A DNA stretch of 64,000 nucleotides from Alloascoidea hylecoeti (Eukaryota), in assembly GCA_001600815.1 (NCBI GenBank), contig BCKZ01000008.1, forward strand, positions 496,001-560,000. Reading direction: 5' to 3'. The notes under the pieces are model-generated. The model did no database searches. It saw only the letters and a program-made list of their open reading frames with translations, and was not told the DNA's origin. Position 1 is the stretch's first letter; each line of letters starts with the position of its first letter. The translations under genes and the position numbers were made by a program. Positions 1 to 13,930 of this stretch are shown here, piece by piece.

Positions 1-3000
1 CTTAAGGTAAATCTCTCCGCCTTTGAACTGAGGACAAAAGAATTAGAGAAACTATGCCAGAGAAATGTATTAGGATACAGAATATCTAATGAATTTATAT
101 TTTTTGGTGATGCTGAATTGTTGATTGCTTTTGTAAACACTAGTTTTGGCTGTCTAATTAGTAACGCTAACTACTCTATCATGAACATTACAATCCTAAA
201 TGGATCAGTAATCAGTAATGTTAATATTTTTACTGTTAGTTCTTTTTAATAATTACAGTTTTTGGCAGACTTATATTATAATCCAAGTATATTTTATAAA
301 AAATGGATATAAATACATTTATTTAAAATTTTAAAACTCATTTTAATTTAATTTATAATTAATTTTTGATATTTTTTTCCATTTTAATTATAAAACGCAG
401 CTGCAGTAGATGCCTACTATACTATTATTTATCTTATAATTTATAATTAAGATTAGAAATTAATATTAATATTCTACCCTAGTTATATAATTATATAAGT
501 TTATAACAATTAATAAAAAACGGTTATACAAACCATGATCCATGTAGACTATTACACTATTTTCAACTAAAACCTAGTTTAAGTTTGAAATTCTAATATT
601 CAAAACATGTATAATTAATATATTGAATTGATTACAAGATCAATTAATATTAAATAATAAAAATGATTGATAATTACTAATTAGCCATAAGTATTCTGTT
701 AATTATAAGTTTCCTATGGATAATAGAAGCATATATGTACATCGATATCGATGTTTTATAACGTTTTTCGTTTCATTGTTGAGATGAGTTATAAGTTATA
801 ATTATATAAGATTTATTATATATCAACATTCTGCTTCCAAACAATGCTAAACATTTTAAGTGATGTGAACATTAACCACATCATCTTTCTTCCTTTTATG
901 AGATAAATAAACATAATAAATAACAAGTCATTATATTAATATTATGAACATTAGAAAAAAAATTAAACACCCTCGCAGAAAATGTGGCCATACCACCAAA
1001 ATCATTTCCATTATATATTACAAAAGACAAAAGGTAGATGGATGGCAAGTCTACATCGTGTCGTTTCAAACTAAAATTTTTACTCTTCTGTCAAATTATT
1101 TGCCCTTATTTCTAGGCCTTTTCGCGGTAGTTAACGTTAGAAGTGGGCTTTTGCAAGTTTGCATATTCAACTTACTCTATTTAGATGAGTGTATGTATAT
1201 GTATACTGTTATATTTCCTTAAAAAGTAGTAGTGACGCGAACCGTAGAGTTATATCTATTATCATCCATCCAAACCCAAAGGTATATATATCGCACTTGT
1301 GTTTATCCATAATATTGATTTTTATATATTTTACACAAGCTTGACTAAAGTTTATTATATAAATATATGTAGATGGTATCAGATGGTTTCATAAGAGTAT
1401 AGTGTAACTAGTTTAAGGTTTTCTAATTGGTGAGTAATAATATCATGAATTTCACTATATTACATATTTTCCAGAATAATTTTCTCTTGAATGCTTAGCG
1501 GTATCACAATACATTTACCATGTTTACGCCGATCTCATGAAGAAACGCGGGTAAAAAACTATTCATCTATATGGTATACGTATAGGGCAGCCGAGTTCAT
1601 TATAGTATGATTTTACTGCACGGCCGGTGCAAAACAAAGAACTCAGTCACCACGAAAGTACCATACAGGTGAATTGATCACTATCCCTCCAGTTTCGGAG
1701 ATTGGCACGTCCGAAATTGACGTTATAAACATAGTACATGTACCGATTATAGCCGGTGTTGAACACGATACAAGTGAACCAGGTCAATGCAATAGTATCA
1801 AAATAGATTCAATATAGACCAATTATACAAACTAACTGATCTTTGGGTAACACCTTATTTACAGTTAAATTGGTAATAGTTTAGAGTTAACCAATAATAA
1901 GACTTGTTCAAATAAGCAAATAGACATGAGAACCTGACAATAGTTCTATTTTCCAATATAATAAGTAAATTTTTACAACTAATTTGTTATATAATTTGAC
2001 ATTGAGGACAACTTTTGTGGGATAATAGAATATACTCGAGATCCTATTATCATATATATATAGAAACTGGGAAAGGGTGGTCCACATATTTAAATAACAT
2101 GCATGATCGTATAATCATGACAAGCTGCACATGCAATTAGTTTAGAAAGCCAATTAACGTTGTAAGGGAAATAATTAGATTATATATACAAAGGGTTAAT
2201 AAGCACAATTTTAAATAAGGCACCTAAAAACTCCTGATATTCGGGTTATAGAGTAACTTATAATGTGTTTGGACAATGGTGGCTGATGGGATCTATATCG
2301 TAGACACACACGTAAATTTGTAGACTCCGTATTTTGTTTCTCCTCCACAATCCCTGAAAACGGTAATAAGTAGAAAAACTTAAAGCCTCTTGCATCAAGG
2401 AGCAAGGAGGCTAGAATTAAATGTTTCGAACAAAAATAATTGCCTTGATCGGAATACATCAATTTAAAAGATTATTAAAAAGAACGCTATTTAAGTTATA
2501 AATAATGATGGACACTCTTCGGCGATGATAAACAAAAAATACAAATTGTTACCAAAGGCTAATCATGATGAAACGATAAACCAGAAAAATATATGGTACA
2601 ACAGTCCCAAAATGCACCCATCACGAAGACAAACCCGAAAGAATTGCTGACAAATACTATTTTAATGAGAGAACAATAAAAATTAAAAGAATCTGGAAAC
2701 TTTAAAATATTATTATGAACTTGGACTGACTTTATTGTAAATTATGATCAATTATTTGGAATTACTTAATTAAGCTTAAGTCCTATTCACCAATTTACCC
2801 GCTTCTTTTTGTCTTCTGTTTTTTTTTTACTATGTATTGATATACCGTATCCCTTATCAACTCAATTCAATGAAACTGTCAAAGTTCGCTACATACTCTC
2901 GTATTGGAGGTTAAATCGGTACATTTCCTTTAGACTCTCATCCTTAATACTAAATAGAATATATGAGAACAGCAGAGCAATATCCTCTCTTTAAAATATC

Positions 3001-3114
3001 ACAAAAGATCTCCCGCAAAAAACACAAATGATCAACTTTTTTTGAACCTTAAAAGCCAGGCAATAAGGGACCTATTTTGAAATAAAAAAAATACTTCTAA
3101 CCCCTTCCAATTTC

Positions 3115-3232
3115 GGTCACGCCTATATCCAGAAGAAAGCACCGTTCCCCTCCTATCCAGTAGTTAAGCCGCTAAGAGCCACACAGAGTAATGTGGCGTG
3201 AGACCATACGTGAAACAGTGATGCTGTAATCT
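3115..3232 (+). rRNA. Dispersed 5S rRNA gene copy, probably degenerate
   Basis: GGTCACGCCTATATCCAGAAGAAAGCACCGTT...GTAGTTAAGC...TAAGAGCC...GACCATACGTGAAAC...GCTGTAATCT is colinear with yeast 5S rRNA over ~118 nt; two mismatches in helix I. Confidence 0.85.
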
Positions 3233-3588
3233 TATTGTATTTTTGTAGATTATGATTTTTCAAACTTTTTTAAAAATTAGCCCTATAAAAAAGGATTCAA
3301 AAAAATTACATAAAGAAAGCTTAAACGCGAGTTTACATAATCCATGAAAGGGGTTGGCTTCAGACTCTTTCAGTACGACCTCCAGGTTAACCCATTTTGA
3401 AAATAAATCGATATATCTGGTGTGGTTGGTACATTTGTCATATTTAGCATTGTTAACCATGATCTATAATAAATGCGCAGTATACGTTATTTCTTCTTTT
3501 TAATAAATCACTAGGCTCTATAAGATCTTACACAGGGCTATTTGCTAGCACTTATGACCTCATGTTTGTTATTTACTCAATATCAATA

Positions 3589-4244
3589 TAGTGACTCCAC
3601 TTAATTTAGGCCACTCTAAAAGGTAATTATCGACTTGGTTTGACACCCAAAGCTGTTCTATATCCTTGCATGTATTAATGGGTCATTACGGACTCAAACC
3701 GGAATCGGCGGTAATAAATAAAGAGAGATAAGAAATTAATATTGTTGTATTAAGCCTGCTTAGCTTCAAGGTGCCGATAATGATTTTTGAAAGACAAGCA
3801 AATAAAATTAGATTATGTAAATATAGGTAAGATAAGGTACGGCTTGTCTGTGGCTGAGTGTCATGGTGTCATGGGTGGGGAAGGCGAGAACAATCAAGCT
3901 TAAGAAAGATCCTATTGGACATAGAATCATCTCCTTATGCGATGATCCCGTACAAATCGTGGATGGTCACTGGTCAACCAGCTTTGGGGGATTTAAATGA
4001 AACGGTTAAGCTTAGAAGGGATCTCCACTCATTGTTGGGCGCGCCTGAACCAATTGGAGGATAGTGACCTAGCTATTTAACCAACAAGTTTAAGGGGGCT
4101 GAGGCAGTAAATACTGATCTCTGAGTTGGTAATCAACTGTTTGGGTGTCAAAAATCCCTTGCCGGTAATAATGTGGCCCAAAATTAGTTATGGGAAAGGC
4201 CAATAATTATTAGCCAAAAGGGCCGAAATTAAGAGGGATTACTG
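3589..4244. mobile_element. Non-autonomous Tc1/mariner-type element with imperfect TIRs
   Basis: Left TAGTGACTCCACTTAATTTAGGCC and right GGCCGAAATTAAGAGGGATTACTG; inner 13-bp inverted repeat TTTGACACCCAAA (3639) / TTTGGGTGTCAAA (4140); related TIRs near 41800-41928 and 45511. Confidence 0.6.
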
Positions 4245-5191
4245 GATCCTACATATACTAATATTACAAAATGTTAAAATATTCTATTTTTTTGAATCAT
4301 TTAATTAATATATTAAATGAATGGAATAGAGCGTGGTGATTATAAGATCATGACATATCTAGATCTCATTTAGATGAAGATGAAGATGAAGATATAAAAT
4401 TAATTTTCTTATATTTGCTTTCTGATTGATCAGGCTATACTTTGCTGTAGATACAAAATTCGTAGAGTTGTTAAGTTAGTTAAGTTTAAGGTGATGTAGG
4501 AGAGCTCGGGTCAAAAGCAAAACCAATTGGAAGATCAAAATCATATGATGTAGTTTACTTGAAATGATCTTGAATACGGTAATAATATTGAATATTACGA
4601 AGGTGGCGTGTATTATAATTCTCATTTCCATTTTTCATTTTTCATGATATAAAATATTTGAAATTCATTGTATGCAATACCTCTATTAATCTCAAGAATA
4701 AACTTTATTTAATAATTTGATTGGCTGGCTTGATCCCCTGCATAATTACTAAGATTTTCAAAATGGAGATCTCGGGTGTGTGTGTATTTCAGTAATAAAC
4801 AATGAATATTAGTTAATTGATTAATTAAAATCTCCTGATGATTAATATTCTGATTAAAATTTAACAAAAAAATAGATGAATTATATAATATTTATTGCTG
4901 ATCATTATTGATGCTTGTATATATTTTTTAAGTCAATTACAATTTAAGATTGGGATTTTCAAGCTTTAGATTTAAGTATTTAAGCTTAATATGAACAATA
5001 GAATAGAATAAAATAAAATATCAAAATATTTGAAAAAAATAAAAAAAATTAATTAATATTATAGCTGAGTGTTAAAACATAACTTTTCATAGTTTTTTAT
5101 ATATTAGAAAGTGGAATAATGGAATATAAACACAATAGTTTTTTAAACATAATTATTATAAATATGTAAGTAAGTAAATATCATAACATTT

Positions 5192-5263
5192 CAAAATCAA
5201 AATCAAAATCAAAATCAAAATCAAAATCAATAATCAAAAATCAAAAATCAAAAATCAAAAATC
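5192..5263. repeat. (TCAAAA)n/(TCAAAAA)n microsatellite
   Basis: Tandem TCAAAA-type units read directly. Confidence 0.9.
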
Positions 5264-5499
5264 ATTATATATGGTTATTATTATATATAAAGGATAGAAT
5301 TTTATATTCTCAGCAAGAAAAAAATAGCAAAAAAAAAATATATATATATATAAAATAAATAACGTTAACGTCAAACACATTCAACTTTTATATATTATCT
5401 TTTTTCAAATTAAATAAAAATAAAAATAAGAATAAAAATAAAAATATAAATATGAATTTAAATTTAAAATTAAATATTAAATTAATTAAAATTTTGATA

Positions 5500-6236
5500 T
5501 TAAATAGTATTTTTCCTCTTATTTTTATCATCATCAATTTGATCTAAACATAACCAACCATCATCAGCAACAACATAACATAAAGAAGAACCTAAAGTAC
5601 TTAAACTTTCAGCAACTCCAAACATTTCTTTAAATTTCTTTTGACAAGCAGTACTTGTAATTCTTTTATTTTGCAAATTTGATAATTCAGCAGAAATATA
5701 TTTCCATTTCGCTCTTTCACCTAATTCTAATAGATTTATTAATGCTTCGATATCATCAGGGTCCCATGAAGATATTAATGAATTTATTGTTAAATTTAAA
5801 TTATTATCTGATTGGTTGTTATTATTAGTTGAAGATTGTTGATCAGGGTTTATTGAAGAATTTGGATTTGATGACGAATTCATTTGTTGCTGCTGATCTA
5901 ATTTTTGATTGTGTTGATTTAATAGAGCATGATATCGATATTTGGCAGCTTGTGGAGAATCACAACATGCAATGTCCGAAATTTCTTCCCATGACTTTCC
6001 TTCATGTTTCAAGCGTAATATAGTTTCATCTTGTTGAGGAGAATATCTTCTTCTTCTTTTTTTATTGCTTGATTGAGAATTACTATCGATTGTGGTTGAA
6101 CTGCCTGGATCCTGTAGAGGAGAAGAATCTGATTTGTTGCTTGGGGAAAAAGAAGAGCTGTTCCGCTTTAAAGTATTTGTGGGAGGCATTCCCATTCCCA
6201 TGCCCATGCCCATGCCAATTCCCATACCTATCCCCA

Positions 6237-6268
<32 letters not shown>

Positions 6269-6564
6269 GGCTGGGAAATGGGAGGTTTGTTTGAATAATA
6301 AGAGTAGGGAGGGATGCCATTCATCCCCATTGTCTGCTGCTGTTGGGGTTGCTGCTGATGCTGAGGGTGCTGGGGGTACTGCTGGGGGGGTCTGTGCTGG
6401 CCCGGCTGCGGCTGCGGCTGGTAGGGCCCCGTGGCGGCGGTGGACACGGTGGTCGAGGGATAGCCGCCCAAGGCCTGGGGCTGCTGGAGGAAATTGAGTT
6501 GGCCATACAAGTCGTGGCTCTGCTGGTTTCGCTGTTGTTGCGGATAGATGGACGAATACTGCAT
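5500..6564 (-). CDS. Gln-rich Myb/SANT-like transcriptional regulator (possibly related to Candida adherence factor Aaf1)
   Basis: 354 aa; polyQ N-terminus, basic KKRRRR, Myb-like YSPQQDETILRLKHEGKSWEEIS...AAKYRY and second repeat WDPDDIEAL...KWKYISAEL...ACQKKF. Confidence 0.8.
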
Positions 6565-9399
6565 TATTATAAACCAAAGATTAAAAGTTTAATATTTTAT
6601 TTATATTTCAAATTTAAATCTAAATTTTAAAAGCTAAGTTTATAAATATAAATTATGAAAAGAAGGGAATTTGAGAATATTAATTATTTATATATTATTT
6701 TTTTATTTTTTAAATTTATTTTTATTTATTTTATTTATTCTGAATTTCTTTTTGATTTTAGAATTAATTACATGAAAAACGCAATTCCTGTTTTGTTAAT
6801 CAGCCATGCATAATATGTAATGCACCTTCCTCAGTTCGGCTAAATGTCCACAGAATGTGTTTCATGTTGGCCTGTTTCCATTGGCTGTCTGGCGATGTGA
6901 ATGCCTTTCACATCACAACTTTTAATGATCGGCCTTTATTATAATTGGCGTTTCAGGCGTATTTACCATTATGTAATGTGGATGTATGTCGTCCCACTTT
7001 TCATCCCCCGGCAACAAATCGATTACCTGTTTTCAGCACTGTTATGTCCGTAAATAATATCTATGCTACTCCGTGGGTCATCGTCCCTGGCAATCTCAAT
7101 AACAAATCGTGCTGGTGACCTTTGGTGCTCCACTGCTTCCGGTCCTCCGCCACCCTCAGGCCTCCTGAACTCGTATTTCTCCTAAATGTGAAGGCATGCA
7201 TCCTCCTGCAATGCACGCGCACAGGACCGAATAGAGAAGCCTCCCTCCCTGATCACCTGACAATCCTTCAATGTTCGCCTTCTAGATCTTCCAGATACTT
7301 TCGGATACTCCAAAACTGTGGCTTTCCTTCAAGCTTCAAATGTCAATGCTATAACACAATCATGTTGATTTATCATTTTTCACCACGTTTGTCAATTAAT
7401 AGTTAACCATTGATAATATAATAGAACCATTACTAATAATTATATGTCGATATTAATATTAATTATAATACAACTACCGATATTTCCATGTTCCAATAGC
7501 AAAGATTGTGATTATCCTAATTGTTATGAATGTTATGTAGAATTATAATATAAGAACAATACAATATAAACATTAAGATTTTAAGATTTAAAATATTGTT
7601 CCTGCTTTTATAATTATATTTAATTTTTGGTTTTACAATTTGCATTAATATTCATTGTCTTTATGTTTATGTTTATGTTTAAATCTCTTTTGACTTTTTT
7701 TATTAAGCTTAAATTGTATTGTAATAATAATTCAATAATCCATTAAAATTTTAAAATTTTAAAAAAAATTAAATTTCTTTCAAGACAATTGCAATGCAAA
7801 TTTAATACTTTAAAAAATCTGGGGTAAACATAAATCATAAACGGTATATATTTTATTATATTATATATTGAATAATTAATTTATTTATTTATAATTATAA
7901 CTTGACATCACTTATACTTATACACCAAAAAAATTAATATATTAAAAACATACACAATTTTAATAGGCTTGTCATTTTTGAATAAAATACCCATGCATTA
8001 TATTAATACTTCAACAATATATTAATACCATACAATTTCAATACAATAGAATTAGAAACAATTAATAGTAATTTAATACCTTTAAAATCACAATATTTTT
8101 CAATAAAAATATAATATTAATATAATTATTAACTAACTGTCAATTAATATATTAATTAAACATCACGATAACAATTTTAGAAATATTTTGCTATTTTAAA
8201 ACTTTAAACATATTTATATTAATTAGTTTTAAACATCTTTAATTTTTACATCTTTAATTTAATTCATTTCAACATTACAATAAAACAATACAATTACTAT
8301 TAATTATGTAAATGACAGATGTTAAATCTTAATAGATTATTATTAATATTCATTATTAATAGAAACAACGTTGTAGATTTCAAAATTTTATAATAAAATA
8401 TAAAATTCAACCACATACTTTTTTTGAAATTTAAATTATAAAAAGTATACTTATTATTATATTATATGATAAGCCACTTAACTGTACAGTACATGTAAGA
8501 TATATTAAATCAAGCTGTTAAGATTATTATTTATACAATAATTAGACTGATTAGATTAAAGGAATGAATTTATTATGATGGAAGTATTGTTAGGGATGAC
8601 CGTTGACGTGAGGGCATAACGGAGATAACTTACCAATGTGTAATTTTCAATATATATGCTCACAACAAAGATATTCTACCTAATGATAATAATTTTTTTT
8701 GGATTTTACAACTATAAAGGGAGATAAATAAAGAAGTTTGATCAATAATGATATTATTAAGTAAACTTTATAATTATTTGCATTCTATAGGTTAAGAACA
8801 ACAACCGTTCACACATAACCAACATTTTTTTAAAATTACCTATTTCCTATATTAAGCCTTATAACGATCATCTTAAGTGAAACACAGAAGAATCTGGTAG
8901 CAATTTTTTTTTTTTATAGATTTTACAACCGTTTGGTGTCGTTTAGTAGAGATGATTTTCTGAACGAACGGTTGTTAGCTCAAGTTGTTATCGATATCCA
9001 ACCTACCATATAGGTGTATGGTGGAGGAAAATCAAAAATTAAAACCCACTATAATCCTGTACTAAATATTATGTAGTTTTTTGGGGCCTTGAAAATGATT
9101 TAAATTTTATTTCTTTAATCATTTCCTTTACTGAATCTTTTATGATACAAAGGGCTTGAAACGATCGTCTTTAAATCTGTGGAAGACCTTTCATATTTAC
9201 AGGTAAATCGTCGATCAGGTTTTGATAAATAAGTTAATTTAAATATAAGTTTACAGCCGGGTCAAGATTAAACTGGCACTTTTCTTTCGGGTGCCTCCCA
9301 CTCTAATAGCTAATTTTAAGAACTCTTCTAAAAAAACCATGAATATGGAATATTCTCGGTTCATCTGAATGAATAGAACCATTGGAACAGAATGATATG

Positions 9400-9600
9400 G
9401 TCTAGATAGATTGAAGTGACTTGGGTTGTTTGTGATGGTGTTGTACGTGGTGAACGTTCGGTCACAACAGGATTTGAGTGTGGGAGTGTATGCTCTACGA
9501 CAGCTGATCGGCCATTTAAATTTCAAAATATCTATAGCATAAGGAAGTCTGGTTATGTAAGTCTTATGGTATCGACTGGAATTGAAAAAGTTGTCGTACT
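9400..9600 (+). mobile_element. Decayed Tc1-like transposase fragment
   Basis: VVRGERSV...PFKFQNIYSIRKSGYVSLMV resembles the SDES...SVMVWG region; DNA-level inverted similarity to 10325-10370. Confidence 0.45.
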
Positions 9601-10319
9601 TAATAAAGGTGGTTGGAGATACTGATACTCCATGGCTCTTAGCGTAACTGTCTATGACATTAAGAGGCTAATACTAAATACTAATTATAAAATGTCATTT
9701 TACATGGACTAATGGAGTATATTTTGAACTATTTTAAAACCACTTTATGGTCTTGTAGAGTACTCAGTAACTTAATTATAATCTTTCTATATTTATATGA
9801 AGTGATAACCAAAAAGTAAAGCGTCAGCGGTACGTGTTTAATTTATAGAGATAAGGGCGTTAATAAATAATAAGCTTGAAATGTCATTTTATATCAACTA
9901 ATTGAATCTCTAGAATTTAAAGAACATTATTCAGGAAGTTTAAGAATTTTTAGACTACTTAAAAGTCTCAATAATTGGTCAGAATATTGTCATTTTTATC
10001 TGGAATGGTATCTAAAAAGGCTTGCTACGAGTGAGCAGAACACCAAGCACTGAAAATGATTTTAGGCGCATTGATATCTATCCCAGTTGTTATAATGAAA
10101 GAGGCTGAAATACCACAATTATCAATCGAAGTGACTAGGAGAATAATGAGAACTTTAGGAAGATGGTAAGAGTAACTAAAAATAATCTACAAACAATAGG
10201 CACTTGGTGTCGAAAGAAAATCGGGCCTAATGAGAATTCTTGGCCAGCCCAAATAACCCATTTAGCAATATTCAAGGATAATAATACACCAACTGCTAAA
10301 TTACGGGTTTCCTTCCACA

Positions 10320-10990
10320 TTTCAGCACATGCTATAAGACTTACAAACTCAGACTTCCATATGCTATAAATATTTTTTGATTCAAAGACTTGGTGTGGCT
10401 GTTGTGGATCATATGCTTTTCCAGATCCGAGTCGTGTACAACCGAATACTCATTACTAAATATAACACCATCACAAATATCATGAGACTACTTCTATCTA
10501 TATGTAGAAAATACTACTATTCTATTAATTGAGTTCTTCTCATCCAGATATGACTATTTATATGCCAAAACTATTCCAAACTCATGGTTTCACAGAAGGC
10601 TTCTTAGGCGGTCTTTGATATTCTAATAGTGTACTTTCAAGCCTGCTCCTCAAAAGTATTCAAGAGGAAAGATTTTACAACTCTCAGAATGTGATTATCT
10701 GCTACATCAGTTAGTTCTGTAGGCTTTCTATATCTAGGAGATATTATTTTGGAATACATATGGGCAATTCTAAGCCTTCTGCTTATTTCAGAAATGGAGA
10801 AGTCATTTTACCTTATATTCCAAATTTTATTTGCAATTAGCTTAGTGGGATTTGAATGATTTTTAGAATTAGTATTACATGAAATCTCGCTTAACAGAAT
10901 TCTAAATATGATTTTATGTAGATTTGAAAAAAAGGGGTTGAGGGCTGTTGGAAAAAAGTGGCCAAAAATACCTCTGTTTACGTGACTGTA
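10320..10990 (-). mobile_element. Decayed Tc1-like transposase relic (N-terminal half)
   Basis: Frameshifted pieces FSISEISRRLRI (HTH-like), GKAYDPQ, KSEFVSLI; begins at TA-CAGT on the minus strand. Confidence 0.45.
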
Positions 10991-11812
10991 TATCTTACTG
11001 GTCGGCGTAGTCTACAGTGCCCTAGAGTCTAGAGTCTACCCTCAAAAATGATTGGGGACTTCCAATTATAAATTAATTATAATATTGATTTCGAAGATGA
11101 ATTAAAAAACTATTATTCTAAAAGAATATATATATTATTAATTATTGTCGTAAATCAACACTGGATGGTTCACTCTTTATTGTTAGCTGCCAGTTTGCCT
11201 TGTTAAGTTGGTTTTCCAGTTTTAATTCATCTCTCTTGATGTCTAAACATGCAATTATCTGTTGTTTGAGCCTGTCTAGCATTTCGAAAATAAGTTCTAT
11301 AGTAGCACGATCATTTGAATTAGGTTTAGTTTTAGCTTGGGTTGAATCATTGTAATCTGTCATTGTAATATATTAACTTTTGTAATGAATTTGATAATAA
11401 TGAATAATGAATGTCTACAATCAGTTTGTGGTTATAAGATATTATCTAATCTTAATAACCGACCTCGTTCCGTAATAATCGTACGTATGGAAGCTTTACA
11501 ATAATTGATTATAAATACTCAAGTATTGAAAAATACTAAAATATATATATTAAAAGTTAACTAAAGAACAAAAACATAAAAGAAGAAGATTGTTCATGTA
11601 TTTATATAAGAGGACAATAATGCCCGGGTAAAGGTAGTATGGTGCTCATGACATTTATGTTCAATATACTCTGTGTAGAATTATATTATATTAATTGCAA
11701 CTTCAAATATAATCATACCCAACTGACATATACACATATACCTATTTCAATAGTATATATTAAACAGCTTTAATAGCAAAATTTATTAGAAAGAAGTAAT
11801 GATTTATAATTT

Positions 11813-13114
11813 TTAATGTTTGAAACATGACTTTGCACCAGGAATCTGAAAACTACCCTTAACAATTGGCTCAATTCTAGCATCAACAGCCGAAGCCGAC
11901 ATATTAGCCTGTGCAATTGCAATCTGACCATTATCAAAATCGTAAACGACGTAAGCACTTTTTAGAAATGTATCTCCTAAAATAGCGAAAGGAAATGGAC
12001 TTCCCACAAGTCCGAAAATGCATTTATTTTCATCTTTAGTTAGATTATCAAGAATAGCATTATTATCAGAATATGGAACTTGAAAGTCGGAAAGCTTCAC
12101 CTTAATAACAAGAGATCCAAAAATGAAATCAATTGTTCTGGGATCTGATGGTGGAAAACACTCTATTATAGTAGGAATAGGCAATGGGAAAATTCCAAGG
12201 GATATTAAAATTGGTTCAACAATAACATATGGAAAGATAGAAATTGCTGTTCCAGAATCTAAAATGGCAGGTATAAGTGCTGGATATGTAATTCCATGTG
12301 CTGTGATAGCTCCCATTTGGACAGTTGAATAACTGACTATTTCTAGGAGGTTTGGAAACGAAACGAGATCACCGGTATATGCATTACTATCAACACCACC
12401 AAAAAGAATCGATCCATGTGTTGCGTCAGATCCATTCAAAAAAATGGAGTAGGCTCGGGCACCTATAATACCAGCATCAGACAAAGCAGAGATATAGCCA
12501 CGGTGAAGAAGATGCTCTCCACTTGTTATACTATTCAAATAAAATTCGTTTGCAAGACCAAGAATACTACGTTGCATTAGTGGTGTCGTAGTTGAAAATA
12601 ACCCCATGGTTAATCCGTTTAATGTCACTCCATTCACTGTCACATCGTCTTTCATCCATTGACCAGCTCCAACACCGCTGCCAAATGGCTCAACAAATAT
12701 AGGAGAGATACAGCGATATGAACTAGAATTAAAAGGATTAAAAGTTCCAGCATCCGGACAAAAATTAGCCCCTGTTTCCAGAATTATAAGCTCAGGAGAT
12801 CCAGTATCAACCAACACACCTAACTTTTGAGGGGGGGTTCCAATTTCAATATCAAGACTGTACCAGACACCTTTATTGGTGAGTGGGACGTTTAGAGTTT
12901 GAGTACCTGATGCATCTTTATAAGCTGCATTACCCAATAGAGAATTTTCAGGCACCGTTAGATTTTTCGAAATAGATTTGATTAATGAAGATGTTTCGTT
13001 TGCAAATTCACGGTTGAAATCCAAAAGGTGATAGCCAGGACCAGAATCTGAAATAACGGTTGAGATCAGCCCCAATAAAATAATAAATGAAATTAATTGT
13101 AATTTATTCTTCAT
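11813..13114 (-). CDS. Secreted A1 (pepsin/SAP/yapsin-like) aspartic protease
   Basis: Signal peptide; IGTPPQ, DTGS and DSGT motifs; ILGDTFLKSAYVVYD; no GPI tail; flap Tyr appears replaced by Phe (VEPFGSG). Confidence 0.95.
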   Translation of the reverse strand: MKNKLQLISFIILLGLISTVISDSGPGYHLLDFNREFANETSSLIKSISKNLTVPENSLLGNAAYKDASGTQTLNVPLTNKGVWYSLDIEIGTPPQKLGVLVDTGSPELIILETGANFCPDAGTFNPFNSSSYRCISPIFVEPFGSGVGAGQWMKDDVTVNGVTLNGLTMGLFSTTTPLMQRSILGLANEFYLNSITSGEHLLHRGYISALSDAGIIGARAYSIFLNGSDATHGSILFGGVDSNAYTGDLVSFPNLLEIVSYSTVQMGAITAHGITYPALIPAILDSGTAISIFPYVIVEPILISLGIFPLPIPTIIECFPPSDPRTIDFIFGSLVIKVKLSDFQVPYSDNNAILDNLTKDENKCIFGLVGSPFPFAILGDTFLKSAYVVYDFDNGQIAIAQANMSASAVDARIEPIVKGSFQIPGAKSCFKH

Positions 13115-13930
13115 TTTATGATTTGAAAATCTCCAGTTGATAATTGAAATTTATTAAACGTAATAGATTAATAAAAACACAATATTAATGTATATGGAAA
13201 CCTGGGTTATAACCTGTATTTATAATTTTACACGATTTCAATTTAATAATTCTAGCTAAAGCTATAGATATCTATATCTTTATTCACGATAAATCTTAGC
13301 TATATTCCTTAAGCTTATCATTAAGATCGCGAGTATATTAGCCACAATTAAAAGGTATTTAAGATTTAGGATTTATAGTTATACTCCCCTATGAACCAGG
13401 TCCTCAAAACAATTATTATGGCAGCAATATATATGATATCTATTTTTCTTTTATCTTTTGGGGACTATAAAATTAGGTTATATTTTTCATACAGTATAAT
13501 ATATAGATATCATGTTATTATATCTCAAGGGCTCGTATGTTTACGACAGATTGTAATCATTACTTTATTGTATTTTATCGCAGTGGAATGAACGCGAGCA
13601 ATCTGCCAATTGCAATTTTTTTCAATGACGAGGTTACCAGCTCCTTCCAAATAAAACAGATTTAATATTGTAATTGCAACATTTACATTTACGCAAAAAA
13701 AATATGATCGGTTTTACTTATATTACAATTGATCAATTCGGTTTATATCGATCAATTCTTGATATATCAACTTACAATCTCATTAAATATATTAGAATCT
13801 AAATATATAATAAATATATGTCTCTTTATTGCAAGTTATTGACATATATTAATTATGTTCTGGAGTCTATCGTTATAATAAATATCAAATAAACGCAACG
13901 ATAACCATAAATTGCGGACAGATAAATATT

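Noticed and set aside
1..249. Open frame from the window edge to TAA at 249
   Set aside because: Truncated, no recognisable motif, and the strand cannot be decided
6069..6630. Overlapping alternative-frame ORFs with poly-Ala or poly-Cys
   Set aside because: Shadows of the GC-rich CAG-repeat segment of the Myb-like gene
7000..7406. GC-richer block and 94-aa ORF upstream of the Myb-like gene
   Set aside because: No protein motif on either strand; probably promoter or unidentifiable relic
11142..11363. 73-aa ORF MTDYNDSTQ...
   Set aside because: No recognisable domain; may be real but is unsupported
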